From: Fervidobacterium sp.
Lineage (GTDB): Bacteria; Thermotogota; Thermotogae; Thermotogales; Fervidobacteriaceae
Length of the DNA: 64,000 bases
Assembly (NCBI GenBank): GCA_049970055.1
Contig: JBMFNR010000001.1
Span: 448,001 to 512,000, forward strand
Direction of reading: 5' to 3'
Under the pieces are notes generated by a model. That model made no database searches. It worked only from the letters and a program-made list of their open reading frames with translations, and was not told the DNA's origin. Position numbers and translations under genes: made by a program. Shown one piece after another: positions 48,548 through 58,800 of the stretch. How positions within the stretch are numbered: position 1 is the first letter of the stretch; each line of letters opens with the position of its first letter.

Positions 48548-50170
48548 ATGGAGCATTATGGATGGTTAAGCTTGCTGCCACCGGTTGTTACGATTGCTTT
48601 AGCTCTTTTAACAAAGGAAGTTATTTTTTCGCTATTTTCTGGTGTTTTCATCGGATATCTGATTGTCAGCAACTGGAATCCAGTTGTAGCTCTGATCCGT
48701 GCAACTGACGGAATCGCGAATTCACTCAATGATGGATGGAACATTAGAATTGTTCTTTTCTGTGCTCTATTGGGAGCGTTCGTAGGATTGATGCAAGCCA
48801 CTGGAGCAGCACACGCGTTTGGAAGATGGATGGCATCAAAGGTAAAAAGTAGACTCGGAACGCTTATAATCACATGGCTTTTTGGTATTTTTATTTTCAT
48901 CGACGATTATTTCAATTCACTCACGATAGGTACCGTTATGAGACCTGTAACAGATGAACAGAAGATTTCTAGGGCAAAACTTGCCTATATCCTCGACTCT
49001 ACAGCAGCTCCCGTTAGCGTCCTTGCCCCTGTTTCAAGCTGGGTTGTTACGATAATGAGTATTATCAAAGGTTCAGACGGTTTTTCAAAACTTGGTGTCA
49101 GTGAGTTTACTTTCTTTATTATGCTTATTCCGATTAATCTTTATGCAATTTTGGCAATATTAATGGTGTTGCAAACATCACTTAGAAAAGATTTTGGTCC
49201 CATGGCGTTGAGTGAGGAAAGAGCTTTGAAAGGGTTGGGGCTTTACAACGAAGCATATGGACAGCCGACGGGAGAAATAAAAGAAGGGATTGTTGTTAAG
49301 GAGAAGGCAAAAGCTATAGATATGATTCTACCTATACTTGTGCTTGTTGGACTTGCAGTTACTTTCTTCCCAGTAACTACGTACCTCGGCGCAATTGATG
49401 GTGAAAATATTCATAATTTCAACGAAGCCGTTAAATCGATGACTTTGAAAGAAGCATTCAATAACACAGATGCGTCTAAGGCACTTCTTTATGGGTCGTT
49501 ATATACACTGGTATTTTCGTCCATATATTTTATGTTAAGAGGCCTTTTAACAATTCAAAGAGTTGGTGAAGCGATCATCGTTGGTGTTAAGTCAATGGTA
49601 CCTGCGTTGGTCATATTAACCCTTGCATGGACGTTAGGTAGTGTGATAAAGACTCCTGCCAGCGAAGGTGGGCTAGGACTTTCAAAATACTTGTCCGAGG
49701 TAGTCACAGCAGGCGCATTCCCAATTTGGGCATTACCTGTCGTTGTTTTTCTTGTTGCTGCAGCTATTTCATTTTCAACAGGTACGAGCTGGGGAACATT
49801 CTCGATAATGATACCTATAACTATGCCAATAGCGATTGCATTAGCTGAGAAAGCTGGTGCAAGTTTGATGAATACAGCACTGGTTTCAATAGGTGCCGCA
49901 GTCGGAGGGGCTATCTTTGGTGACCATTGCTCACCAATATCTGATACGACGATACTATCTTCAACGGGGGCAAGTTGCCCACACTTTGAACATGTTGCAA
50001 CACAGATGCCTTACGCAGTCTTTGTGATGCTCGTTTCAGCCGTTGGTTACCTTGTGGCTGGTATTTTTGATAACCCGATTGCAGGTCTGATATCCGCACT
50101 CATTGTCTTCTTCATCGCGTTTGAAATTGTTTCAAGAATATGGAAACCTAAAGAATTTAAATTAAGTTAA
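48548..50170 (+). CDS. NhaC-family Na+/H+ antiporter-like (probable amino acid) transporter
   Basis: FIDDYFN, SRAKLAYILDSTAAP, FSTGTSWGT, GDHCSPISDTTILSS. Confidence 0.88.
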   Translation: MEHYGWLSLLPPVVTIALALLTKEVIFSLFSGVFIGYLIVSNWNPVVALIRATDGIANSLNDGWNIRIVLFCALLGAFVGLMQATGAAHAFGRWMASKVKSRLGTLIITWLFGIFIFIDDYFNSLTIGTVMRPVTDEQKISRAKLAYILDSTAAPVSVLAPVSSWVVTIMSIIKGSDGFSKLGVSEFTFFIMLIPINLYAILAILMVLQTSLRKDFGPMALSEERALKGLGLYNEAYGQPTGEIKEGIVVKEKAKAIDMILPILVLVGLAVTFFPVTTYLGAIDGENIHNFNEAVKSMTLKEAFNNTDASKALLYGSLYTLVFSSIYFMLRGLLTIQRVGEAIIVGVKSMVPALVILTLAWTLGSVIKTPASEGGLGLSKYLSEVVTAGAFPIWALPVVVFLVAAAISFSTGTSWGTFSIMIPITMPIAIALAEKAGASLMNTALVSIGAAVGGAIFGDHCSPISDTTILSSTGASCPHFEHVATQMPYAVFVMLVSAVGYLVAGIFDNPIAGLISALIVFFIAFEIVSRIWKPKEFKLS

Positions 50171-50203
50171 AGTGAAAAGTTAGCACCAATTAATAATCAA
50201 CTT

Positions 50204-50227
50204 CAAAGCCCCCGTTTGGGGGCTTTG
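50204..50227. terminator. Bidirectional terminator
   Basis: CAAAGCCCCC-gttt-GGGGGCTTTG. Confidence 0.75.
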
Positions 50228-50256
50228 CGTTATGGGGTTTTATTTTATATATCATT

Positions 50257-50700
50257 TTATATATCATCTTGAACATCCAAATAATAGTCAATTAGTTCAT
50301 CTTTTGCAAAAAAAATCGAAGATTCTCTTTCGAAACTTTCAAGTGAATCACTTGCGTGAACGAGATTTTTTGTTACCGTCAATGCGAATTCTCCCCTGAT
50401 TGTTCCTGCTTCCGCCTTCAACGGATCGGTTGCGCCAATGATGTGTCTAACAAGCTCCAAGCACCTTGGAGCCTCAAGGATTAAAGCAACTACGGGGCCG
50501 CTGAGCATGAAGCTTATGAGATCTTCGTAAAACGGTTTCCCTTTGTGTGGCTCGTACAATCTTTCTACTTGTTTTCGGGTCATCTTGAGAAATTTCATTC
50601 CAACGATCTTAATTCCCCTTTGTTCAAACCTTTTTAATATTTCTCCAACAAGCCCTCGCCTAACTGCGTTTGGTTTAAGGATTATAAAAGTTCTTTCCAT
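50257..50700 (-). CDS. ndk: Nucleoside diphosphate kinase
   Basis: ERTFIILKP, GATDP, GTIRG, NLVHASDS. Confidence 0.96.
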   Translation of the reverse strand: MERTFIILKPNAVRRGLVGEILKRFEQRGIKIVGMKFLKMTRKQVERLYEPHKGKPFYEDLISFMLSGPVVALILEAPRCLELVRHIIGATDPLKAEAGTIRGEFALTVTKNLVHASDSLESFERESSIFFAKDELIDYYLDVQDDI

Positions 50701-51221
50701 GAGATCACCTCCAGGTATTTGTAGTTTGTGGAGAGCGCACTTAATACTTCATCCATCTCGTTCTTTGGATACTTGATCATAACAAATGTTTTTTCTGAAT
50801 CTTTTGTTTGTGTCATGTGATTTAAGTACTTGGCTAAAAAAACGTCTCCCAATGATTCTGGGAAAACAAGCTCTCCACATTTCTCATTTTTTGGTACATA
50901 TGTACCACCGATTAATTTGTTAATATCTATGTTGTACTTCTTTGAAAATGTTAAAAGCATCGCTGATTGTATAGCAAAAACGACTTTGGTATGGTTTGGA
51001 AAGTGGTTTTGAAGAACTTGTGATATGATGAATGCATCTTCTACCTTTGAGCGCTCGATTATAGTTCTGTACTCTTCGATTGCGCCCATGACGATCTTGT
51101 AATTCTCACCGTTTTTTCTTATCGGTAATACAGCACCAGTTGATGTGATGTTGTTTTCTTCAACTTTGACAATTATGTACTCATATCCTTCAACTCTCTC
51201 AATGTTGTAGAAAAACTTCAT
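50682..51221 (-). CDS. Hypothetical protein (possible enolase-superfamily N-terminal-like domain)
   Basis: Overlaps both neighbouring genes; AIQSAMLLTFSKKYNIDINKLIGG segment. Confidence 0.65.
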   Translation of the reverse strand: MKFFYNIERVEGYEYIIVKVEENNITSTGAVLPIRKNGENYKIVMGAIEEYRTIIERSKVEDAFIISQVLQNHFPNHTKVVFAIQSAMLLTFSKKYNIDINKLIGGTYVPKNEKCGELVFPESLGDVFLAKYLNHMTQTKDSEKTFVMIKYPKNEMDEVLSALSTNYKYLEVISWKELL

Positions 51222-53248
51222 CAGAACTCTCCTCCACCTAGTAGTTTTGTGTAAACATCGGATGCAAAAGCTGGATTTATTTCGTTTATTTTCGAAAGTA
51301 CTTCACGCTGTCTATCAGAATCCATCGTTTTGAGAATATCAACAACTTCGTCAACCGTTATGGCCTGATTTTTCAGACGTAAATAAATACTTTCAAGCTG
51401 ATCTTGGCTTGTCGTTTCTTGCAGTTGCAACATCTGTGTGGAAGCTTCCGGGCTTATTTCTGCAGCTGGAGGTAGCTGATTTTGTTCGCTCTGAACCTCT
51501 AAAACCTTCTCCGGTACATGCTTCTGTATTGGCAGGGAGATTGGAACTGTGCCGATTTCCGTGTTTTGTGCTATCTTTCTCCAGATCGGTGCTACATCTG
51601 CCCCTCCTGTTAAGTTTCTACCATCTTTTGCTAGCAAAAAGAGATATTTTCCGTCTCCACCAACAAACCATGCATTTCTTTCCGCCGTACCTGTTTTACC
51701 GTATATCTTTCGACCAGGTATGTTGGCTGATCTACCAGTTCCCATTGTAACAACTTTTTCCATGAGTTGAAGTGTCAATATAGATGCTTCAATGGGGGTT
51801 CTTCGATCGAAATCTTTTGGAGGTTTTATTACATTCAGAATTTCGGGTTTGTATGTGTAATAGTTAATACCATCTTTGTCTCTGACAAACTCAATCAGTC
51901 TTGGTTTTATTACAATCCCACCGTTGAATATTGGTTCAAAACCTTTGGCGACATCAACAAGGGAAGTTTCGATAGTTCCAAGAGATATCGTGGCATCGTT
52001 TGGATAGTAACCGTCTATCATTAATGCGTTTTTTAAGAAATTTCTCACGTTGTTTTGCCCAAGTTTCATAAATAAATTTACTGATGGTACATTCCTGGAA
52101 TATATGAGAGCATTCTCAAGGGTGACTTTACCCCAAAATTCTTTATCGAAGTTCTGTGGACTCCACAAGCCAATGGTAATGGGACTATCCTCAAGGATGC
52201 TACTTTTGTTCCATCCTGCCATGAAGGCAAGGTAGTAGTAGAAAGGTTTAACAACAGATCCAATTTGTCTACGACCGTTTAGTATTCCAAGTCCATACGC
52301 TGCTCTTATTTTACCTGTAGTGTGTTCGATTATCAATCCTGCCATGCTTGATTTGTCTATATTCTCTTCCAGAACTCTTTGGAGATTTTTATCGATTGTC
52401 GTTCTTATCCTAAATCCATTTCTCAAAGTACCTAAGTCAAAGTTTAGGTCCTTTAATTCTAAAACAACCATCCAGAAAAGTTCTTCGTCAAAGTAGTTTT
52501 TTATCTTACCAACAGAATAAACTTGTCCTTTACCAATTCTATCTAGGGCTTGCTGGTACTCATTGTCGGATATTATTTGAGCTTCTTTCATTTTTCTTAG
52601 TGTAGTTTTTGTAAATTCTTGGTTTAAATCAGATTTAACAGGGTTAGCTTTTTCCGGAGACCTTAGCGTGGAAACGAGCATCGCAACTTCCAAAGGCGTG
52701 AGTTCATCAAGTGTTTTTCCAAAATAATACTTAGCTGCAGCAGGGAATCCGTATATACCATTTCCTAAGTAAACTGAGTTTATGTACATTTCAAGTATCT
52801 CTTCTTTTGAGTAATTCTGTTCGAGCCAGAGCGCTATGAGAGCTTCCTTTATTTTTCTTTTCCAGGAGCGCTCTTGTGTAAGGTAAAGTGTTCTTGCAAG
52901 TTGTTGTGTAATTGTGCTACCGCCCTGAATTTCGTCTGTTGTCAATATAACAAACATTGAACGTATTATACCCTTGATATCAACACCACTATGTGAATAA
53001 AAGCGTTTATCTTCAGAAGCGATCACCGAATCTTTTAAAAGTGTGGGAATGTCGTTGAAGTCAATCCACATTGTCTTAGGACTGTAAAGTGGGGTGCCAT
53101 CCGCGTATTCAACAACTAAACTTGCAGGTACTTTGTTTACCGGCTTTTCAAGATTTCTTGTGTAATTCGTATACAAATTCATGGAGAAAAGGTAAACTAC
53201 AGTGGATACTATTACAGTTGGCAATAATAAATATATGACCTTTTTCAA
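51221..53248 (-). CDS. Class A penicillin-binding protein (transglycosylase/transpeptidase)
   Basis: SEDKRF, GGSTITQQLA, RKIKE; SVVK, SRN and KTGT motifs. Confidence 0.92.
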   Translation of the reverse strand: MKKVIYLLLPTVIVSTVVYLFSMNLYTNYTRNLEKPVNKVPASLVVEYADGTPLYSPKTMWIDFNDIPTLLKDSVIASEDKRFYSHSGVDIKGIIRSMFVILTTDEIQGGSTITQQLARTLYLTQERSWKRKIKEALIALWLEQNYSKEEILEMYINSVYLGNGIYGFPAAAKYYFGKTLDELTPLEVAMLVSTLRSPEKANPVKSDLNQEFTKTTLRKMKEAQIISDNEYQQALDRIGKGQVYSVGKIKNYFDEELFWMVVLELKDLNFDLGTLRNGFRIRTTIDKNLQRVLEENIDKSSMAGLIIEHTTGKIRAAYGLGILNGRRQIGSVVKPFYYYLAFMAGWNKSSILEDSPITIGLWSPQNFDKEFWGKVTLENALIYSRNVPSVNLFMKLGQNNVRNFLKNALMIDGYYPNDATISLGTIETSLVDVAKGFEPIFNGGIVIKPRLIEFVRDKDGINYYTYKPEILNVIKPPKDFDRRTPIEASILTLQLMEKVVTMGTGRSANIPGRKIYGKTGTAERNAWFVGGDGKYLFLLAKDGRNLTGGADVAPIWRKIAQNTEIGTVPISLPIQKHVPEKVLEVQSEQNQLPPAAEISPEASTQMLQLQETTSQDQLESIYLRLKNQAITVDEVVDILKTMDSDRQREVLSKINEINPAFASDVYTKLLGGGEF

Positions 53249-53709
53249 ATCGATCCCTCCAAATTTAAAAAGTATTTCTTCCATTTTCTCCCATCAATGC
53301 TTTTTTCTCTTCCCGAGTAACCACCTATCTCCCTCTCACCAACAACTCTGTGACACGGTATGTACAAAGGCAAGGGGTTTGATGCCATAGCGTATCCAAC
53401 GACGCGTGGGGTTATGTTACACGCTATGGCTAACTGCTTGTATGTTATTATTTTACCATACTCTACGTTCTTTCTCAAATATTCCCATATACGCATGAAA
53501 GTACTACCTGAAGAACATTTAACAGGGAAATCCAAAAGTGTCCTTTTTCCCTCCAAATACTCTTTGAGTTGTTTTGTAAAAATATTTTCACCGGTCTCTG
53601 GAAGGCGTTCTTCCGTAAAGGTTATCTTCTCACACATACCTGAATTAGCATAGACAAGAATACTTCCAATTTCACAATTAACAACGAAAAATTCACTGTT
53701 ATTCATCAA
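53245..53709 (-). CDS. ogt: Methylated-DNA-protein-cysteine methyltransferase
   Basis: YGKIITY, RVVGYAMASNP, IPCHRV. Confidence 0.9.
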   Translation of the reverse strand: MMNNSEFFVVNCEIGSILVYANSGMCEKITFTEERLPETGENIFTKQLKEYLEGKRTLLDFPVKCSSGSTFMRIWEYLRKNVEYGKIITYKQLAIACNITPRVVGYAMASNPLPLYIPCHRVVGEREIGGYSGREKSIDGRKWKKYFLNLEGSI

Positions 53710-53822
53710 TATGCCCCCTATAATTTTGGTTGATTAAATAAGGAAAATAGATTACAATAGTAATGCGTTTAATCACAATTGTGAATTTTCCTAACCTTGT
53801 TGGATGGTGGTGAAGTGTTGGT

Positions 53823-54320
53823 ATGGATTTCAATGTTCAAGAGTACTTAAAAAATATTACCATAAATCCGCCAAAAAATGAACGGGAGAGTTGGGATGAT
53901 TATTTTAAAAAACTTGCACGAGTGATTGCTGAGCGTTCGACTTGTATACACAGAAAAGTTGGTGCACTTATAGTAAAAGATAAGCGTATCTTGGCAACAG
54001 GTTACAATCAGCCTCCTTCCGGTTTTCCTCATTGCGATGAAATTGGCTGTATAAGAGATGATTTGAACATTCCCTCCGGCAAGAACCAAGAGATATGCTA
54101 CGGCCTCCACGCAGAGCAAAATGCCCTTATGCAGGCTGCAAAATTCGGAATCTCCACCGATGGTGCAACGATATATGTCACGCATAAACCTTGCTCCGTT
54201 TGCGCAAGACTCATAATTAACGCTGGAATTAAAAGAGTTGTCTATATAGAGGGTTATCCTGACCCATTAACAGACTTTTTCTTTAAAATATGCAAAATAG
54301 AATTAGTTGGAGGTGAGTAA
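53823..54320 (+). CDS. dCMP deaminase family protein
   Basis: RSTC, TGYN, HAEQNA, PCSVC. Confidence 0.9.
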   Translation: MDFNVQEYLKNITINPPKNERESWDDYFKKLARVIAERSTCIHRKVGALIVKDKRILATGYNQPPSGFPHCDEIGCIRDDLNIPSGKNQEICYGLHAEQNALMQAAKFGISTDGATIYVTHKPCSVCARLIINAGIKRVVYIEGYPDPLTDFFFKICKIELVGGE

Positions 54321-54321
54321 G

Positions 54322-55143
54322 TTGAAAAGGGATAAATTGGTTGAATATTTGAGAAACGATAGGTGGCCAACAGTCTGGTGTCCCGGATGTGGAAATGGAA
54401 TTATTTTAAAAAGTTTTCTCGATGCGTTTGACCAAACTGGCTTGAAACCTGAGGAGACCTCCGTTGTATCTGGAATTGGTTGTTCATCAAGGGCGACGGG
54501 ATATATAAACTTCAATACGATGCACACACTCCATGGTCGCGCTATTGCATTTGCTACTGGAGTTTCTTTAGCAAGGCCAGATTTTAAAGTTGTAGTAATG
54601 GGTGGAGACGGAGATATAACTGCAATTGGTGGGAATCACTTTATACACGCGTGCAGAAGAAATATAAACCTTACGATTATTATATACAATAACATGATAT
54701 ACGGTATGACAGGCGGACAACACTCACCAACAACGCCAAGTGGTAAAGTCGCGGGTACAATGCCGTTTGGAAACGTCGAGGAACAATTCGATGTTGTGAA
54801 TCTTGCACTTTCAGCCGGTGCTACTTATGTTGCAAGGTCGACAGTTTATCATTATCCATTAACGGTAAAATACATAAAGGAAGCACTACTTCACAAGGGA
54901 GTTTCAGTTGTGGAAGTGATGACCAATTGTCACACATATTATGGTAGGTACAATGGTTTAAGAGAACCATGGCAGATGATGGATTTCTTTAAAGAAAATA
55001 CAGTTATGAAAGAGAAAGTGGAAAAGATGAGTGAGGAAGAATTGAAAGGTAAAATTGTTATCGGGGTATTTAGGAAAGATGAATCAAGACCGGACTTTTA
55101 TACACGTTATAGAATGGTCTATGCGGGAGGTAATAAAAAATGA
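54322..55143 (+). CDS. 2-oxoacid:ferredoxin oxidoreductase beta subunit
   Basis: WCPGCG, SGIGCS, HGR, GDGD...NN TPP motif, YGMTGGQ. Confidence 0.92.
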   Translation: MKRDKLVEYLRNDRWPTVWCPGCGNGIILKSFLDAFDQTGLKPEETSVVSGIGCSSRATGYINFNTMHTLHGRAIAFATGVSLARPDFKVVVMGGDGDITAIGGNHFIHACRRNINLTIIIYNNMIYGMTGGQHSPTTPSGKVAGTMPFGNVEEQFDVVNLALSAGATYVARSTVYHYPLTVKYIKEALLHKGVSVVEVMTNCHTYYGRYNGLREPWQMMDFFKENTVMKEKVEKMSEEELKGKIVIGVFRKDESRPDFYTRYRMVYAGGNKK

Positions 55144-55736
55144 CAAGACCGTTTTCGATTAGGATAGCAGGAATAGGTGGGCAAGGCAATTTATTGAGTG
55201 GATACATCCTTTCTGAGGCGTTTGTGATCTTAGAGAAATATGTTATACAAACACAAAATTACAGTGAACAGGTGCGTGGGGGACCAAGTTACTGTGATGT
55301 GTTAGTTTCCGATGAACCCATCCTTTACCCAAAAGCGGTTTTATTTGATTCTCTCATAATTATGCATCCTTCGATGGTGAGCCATGGTAAATATGTTGCG
55401 ACGAATGGTATAATAGTGTATGATAATACAAACATACCGGAACTTCCTAGTGAAATACGAAGGATAACTAAAAGGATAGTGGAAATACCTGCGAGCAAAT
55501 TGGCTATAGAGAGGTACGGAAACGCGATGGTTTCAAACATGATTCTGCTTGGAGCGTTCGTAAAGAGTACCGCTTTAATAGATTTTGAAACACTCTTTGA
55601 TGCAGTTAAAGAGGAGGTTAATCCAAAATACTACAACATGAACGTGGAGGCGATTAAGCTTGGAGCATCCCTCACAGACAAAGCCTTTAAACCAAGAATC
55701 GAAAGAAAGAGAAAGAGAACAATTGGTTTCGAATAA
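55140..55736 (+). CDS. 2-oxoacid:ferredoxin oxidoreductase gamma subunit
   Basis: AGIGGQG, YSEQVRGG, NMILLGA. Confidence 0.9.
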   Translation: MTRPFSIRIAGIGGQGNLLSGYILSEAFVILEKYVIQTQNYSEQVRGGPSYCDVLVSDEPILYPKAVLFDSLIIMHPSMVSHGKYVATNGIIVYDNTNIPELPSEIRRITKRIVEIPASKLAIERYGNAMVSNMILLGAFVKSTALIDFETLFDAVKEEVNPKYYNMNVEAIKLGASLTDKAFKPRIERKRKRTIGFE

Positions 55737-56175
55737 TCTTGTACAATCTTTTTCACATGCAATTGATGGAATAATTGAATCTATCATTTCCGAAAAAAAT
55801 TTGAGGATACACTTTGCCATAGGGTTAATAGTTCTTGGAATGACAGTTTTCCTTCCGGTTGAACGGGAGGACTTATTGTGGATAATATTTGCTGTATTCT
55901 TTGTGATTTGGTCTGAACTTGTGAACACAATAATAGAGCATCTTATGAATTTATACAGTAAAGAGTTCCATCCCGTGATAAAAATAATCAAAGATGTGAG
56001 TGCCGGTGTTGTTTTATGGGCTGCAATATTTTCTGTAACCGTTGGTGTTATTGTGCTTGGGAGCGTTGTTTTTAAGTGGAGTTTGGAAGTTGGAAAAATT
56101 TTTGCTATAATATCCCTAGCAGTATTTCCATTACTGAGTCTAAAGGTGGTGAGAAGTTGGAAAGCCAGAAAATAA
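55723..56175 (+). CDS. dgkA: Diacylglycerol/undecaprenol kinase
   Basis: SFSHAIDG, EKNLRIH, ELVNTIIE, KDVSAG; start uncertain. Confidence 0.85.
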   Translation: MVSNNLVQSFSHAIDGIIESIISEKNLRIHFAIGLIVLGMTVFLPVEREDLLWIIFAVFFVIWSELVNTIIEHLMNLYSKEFHPVIKIIKDVSAGVVLWAAIFSVTVGVIVLGSVVFKWSLEVGKIFAIISLAVFPLLSLKVVRSWKARK

Positions 56176-57194
56176 AGGTAATGATCGTTGATGATTCACC
56201 CTTTATGAGAATGATATTAAAAGATATCATCGACCAACAGCCGGATATGCAAGTCGTTGCTATCGCAAAGGATGGGATGGAAGCCGTTGAATTAGCTTTA
56301 AAGCATAAACCAGATGTGGTTACTATGGATGTAGAAATGCCTAAGTTAAACGGCATTGAAGCACTTAAAGAGATAATGAAACGCTCACCAACAAGGGTTA
56401 TAATGGTCAGTAGCCTTACTGAAGAGGGTGCAGAGATAACGCTTTTGGCATTGGAACTTGGCGCCGTTGATTTTGTTACGAAGCCATCCGGAAGTGTTTC
56501 AATGGATTTTAGGCGGATGGGACCAGATTTGGTTGGGAAGATACGCGATGCAATGAAAGTAGATGTTTCTCAAGTACTTTTAAAGAGGAAGCCAATATCT
56601 GGTTTGAGAGCTAAGTCTTTGGTATCGAGCAAAATAGTTGTAATAGGTTCGTCAACGGGTGGGCCACGGTCCTTAGATTTAGTTATTCCACCACTTCCGA
56701 AGGACTTTCCAGCTCCGATTCTTCTTGTTCAACATATGCCACCTGGTTTTACAAAGTCGCTTGCGCAGAGGTTAAGTAGAATTTCAAATCTTTCAGTCAA
56801 AGAAGCTGAAGAGGGAGATGAACTTAAGCCAGGTTGGGTCTATGTTGCTCCTGGAGATTATCATATGGGAATAAAGCAACAAGATAGAAAGAGCATCATA
56901 TACCTGGATAAAAAGACTGAAAAGATAAATAATGTTCGCCCATCGGTTGATTACACGCTTGATAAAGTTGCCGAAATATACAAAGACAAAACAGTTGCGG
57001 TCATTCTCACAGGAATGGGCCGTGATGGTACTAAAGGTGCATTTAAGGTGAAATTTTTCAAAGGTGTCGTAGTGGCTGAAAGTCAAGAGACATGTGTTGT
57101 GTATGGAATGCCAAAGGCTGTAGTAGATGAAGGTTACGCAGATTATGTACTTCCAGCAGACAAAATTCCAGAAAAGTTGGTCGAGATCGTTTGA
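56157..57194 (+). CDS. cheB: Chemotaxis response regulator protein-glutamate methylesterase
   Basis: Receiver domain (VDDS, DVEMP); GSSTGGP, VQHMP, LTGMGRDG. Confidence 0.95.
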   Translation: MESQKIKVMIVDDSPFMRMILKDIIDQQPDMQVVAIAKDGMEAVELALKHKPDVVTMDVEMPKLNGIEALKEIMKRSPTRVIMVSSLTEEGAEITLLALELGAVDFVTKPSGSVSMDFRRMGPDLVGKIRDAMKVDVSQVLLKRKPISGLRAKSLVSSKIVVIGSSTGGPRSLDLVIPPLPKDFPAPILLVQHMPPGFTKSLAQRLSRISNLSVKEAEEGDELKPGWVYVAPGDYHMGIKQQDRKSIIYLDKKTEKINNVRPSVDYTLDKVAEIYKDKTVAVILTGMGRDGTKGAFKVKFFKGVVVAESQETCVVYGMPKAVVDEGYADYVLPADKIPEKLVEIV

Positions 57195-57228
57195 TATATT
57201 TTTTGATATACTTAAGGAGGGACTTCTC

Positions 57229-58710
57229 ATGAAAAAGGGTGTTATTTTGTTACTTTCGTTTACTGTGCTAGTTTCTTTCCTATTTTCCGCTACATTCAAA
57301 GATGTTCCAGCAAATCACTGGGCGGCTGATGCTGTTGATCAAATGACAAAACTTGGTGTCATCACAGGAATGCCAGATGGTACATTTCAGGGAAACCAAT
57401 CTGTAACGAGGTACCAACTTGCTCTTTCACTTTACAGGTTATACAATGTTCTCTACGATAGAATTTCGACAGTTGAAAGAAAGATTCCAACGGGTGCTAC
57501 TACAACATCCCAAACTCAAACTCCGGCAGCGCAACAGGTACCACCTAACATTGATTCTCAGTTGAAATCCTTGTCTGACCAGATTCTTGCTCTTGCAAAC
57601 AGCGATAAGACGATCAATGCGAAGATTGATACATTAACAAGTAATGTTAATAGTCTCAACACAACTGTTGACAATATAAAATCCGATATCTCTGACTTAA
57701 AATCCATGTACGATGCACTTGTACAGAAAGTAACAGACCTTAGAACACTCGTTGCAACAACACCGACTGGTCAAAGTTTAAACACGATCTCGCAAGATGT
57801 GTCAAATTTAAAACAAAGTGTCAAAGGTGTTACTGACACTGTTTCTTCGTTAAGCTCTTCTGTGAATTCTCTCAATACAAAAGTTTCAAGCTTGGAAAGT
57901 ACTTTCTCCAGTCTTTCAGATAGACTGAAAGCTGCTGAAGATAGTTTGAAATCGAATGTGTCAAGTATAGCCTTGTTAGACAACAAAATTAAAGCTACTT
58001 CTGACGATGTTTTAAAAATAAATGCTGCGATTCAATCGCTTAATAGCCAAATTCTAAACCTTTCAACAAGTGTTTCCGATATAAGTTCAAGGGTTAGCAA
58101 AGTTGAAAAAACAACGGCGGATATATCCCAAAATGTTTCCAGTATCTCGACAAGTGTTGCAAACTTAGGAAAAGATATAGATAGTCTCAAAGCGAAAAAT
58201 ACCTCATTAGAAAAAAGCATCGCTGATCTTAGCGCTCAAATTCAAAACATCTCAAATGAAATTTCAACAAAGGCGGACAAATCAGACTTGGAGCTTGCCA
58301 AAGGAGATTTGGCAGGTATGGTAATCAATACAAAACAAGAGCTTGAGAGTAAAATCGATACAAAAGCTGATGCAACAACTGTTGCTAGTCTTGATCAAAA
58401 GGTTACCACGATTGCGAATCAGTTGGCAAATTTAAATGTTCAAATATTGAATGTTGACAAAAAAGTTGCAACACAAACTGCAGAATTAAATAACGCTGTA
58501 GCAAACGTTGATATAAAGGTGTCAGTGGTTGATCAAAAAGTATCTAAAAATGAAGAAGAGATCAACAAATTAAAAGCTGAAAACGAGGAATTGAAAAAGA
58601 AAGTAGATCAAGTTTCTTCGAATAATATAGGTATATGGGCGCTTGGATTAGCGATTTTTGGAGTATTTCTAGGTGCTGTATCGTCGTTGTATCGCATTTT
58701 TGTTCCATGA
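57229..58710 (+). CDS. SLH-domain coiled-coil envelope anchor (Thermotogae OmpA/Omp-alpha-like toga spacer)
   Basis: Signal peptide; FKDVPANHWA...GMPDGTF..N..VTRYQ SLH; ~350-aa heptad coiled coil; C-terminal TM. Confidence 0.85.
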   Translation: MKKGVILLLSFTVLVSFLFSATFKDVPANHWAADAVDQMTKLGVITGMPDGTFQGNQSVTRYQLALSLYRLYNVLYDRISTVERKIPTGATTTSQTQTPAAQQVPPNIDSQLKSLSDQILALANSDKTINAKIDTLTSNVNSLNTTVDNIKSDISDLKSMYDALVQKVTDLRTLVATTPTGQSLNTISQDVSNLKQSVKGVTDTVSSLSSSVNSLNTKVSSLESTFSSLSDRLKAAEDSLKSNVSSIALLDNKIKATSDDVLKINAAIQSLNSQILNLSTSVSDISSRVSKVEKTTADISQNVSSISTSVANLGKDIDSLKAKNTSLEKSIADLSAQIQNISNEISTKADKSDLELAKGDLAGMVINTKQELESKIDTKADATTVASLDQKVTTIANQLANLNVQILNVDKKVATQTAELNNAVANVDIKVSVVDQKVSKNEEEINKLKAENEELKKKVDQVSSNNIGIWALGLAIFGVFLGAVSSLYRIFVP

Positions 58711-58734
58711 GTTTTCCTGTTTATATTTTTTTGC

Positions 58735-58759
58735 AAAGCTGGTCCTTAGGACCAGCTTT
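58735..58759 (+). terminator. Hairpin terminator after the ompA-like gene
   Basis: AAAGCTGGTCC-tta-GGACCAGCTTT. Confidence 0.7.
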
Positions 58760-58800
58760 ACTATTGTATCTGAAGGAATTAGTGCGGCGGAGGTGGTAGC

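Noticed and set aside
57500..58620. Heptad periodicity as a novel repeat element
   Set aside because: Explained by the coiled-coil rod of the Omp-alpha-like protein.
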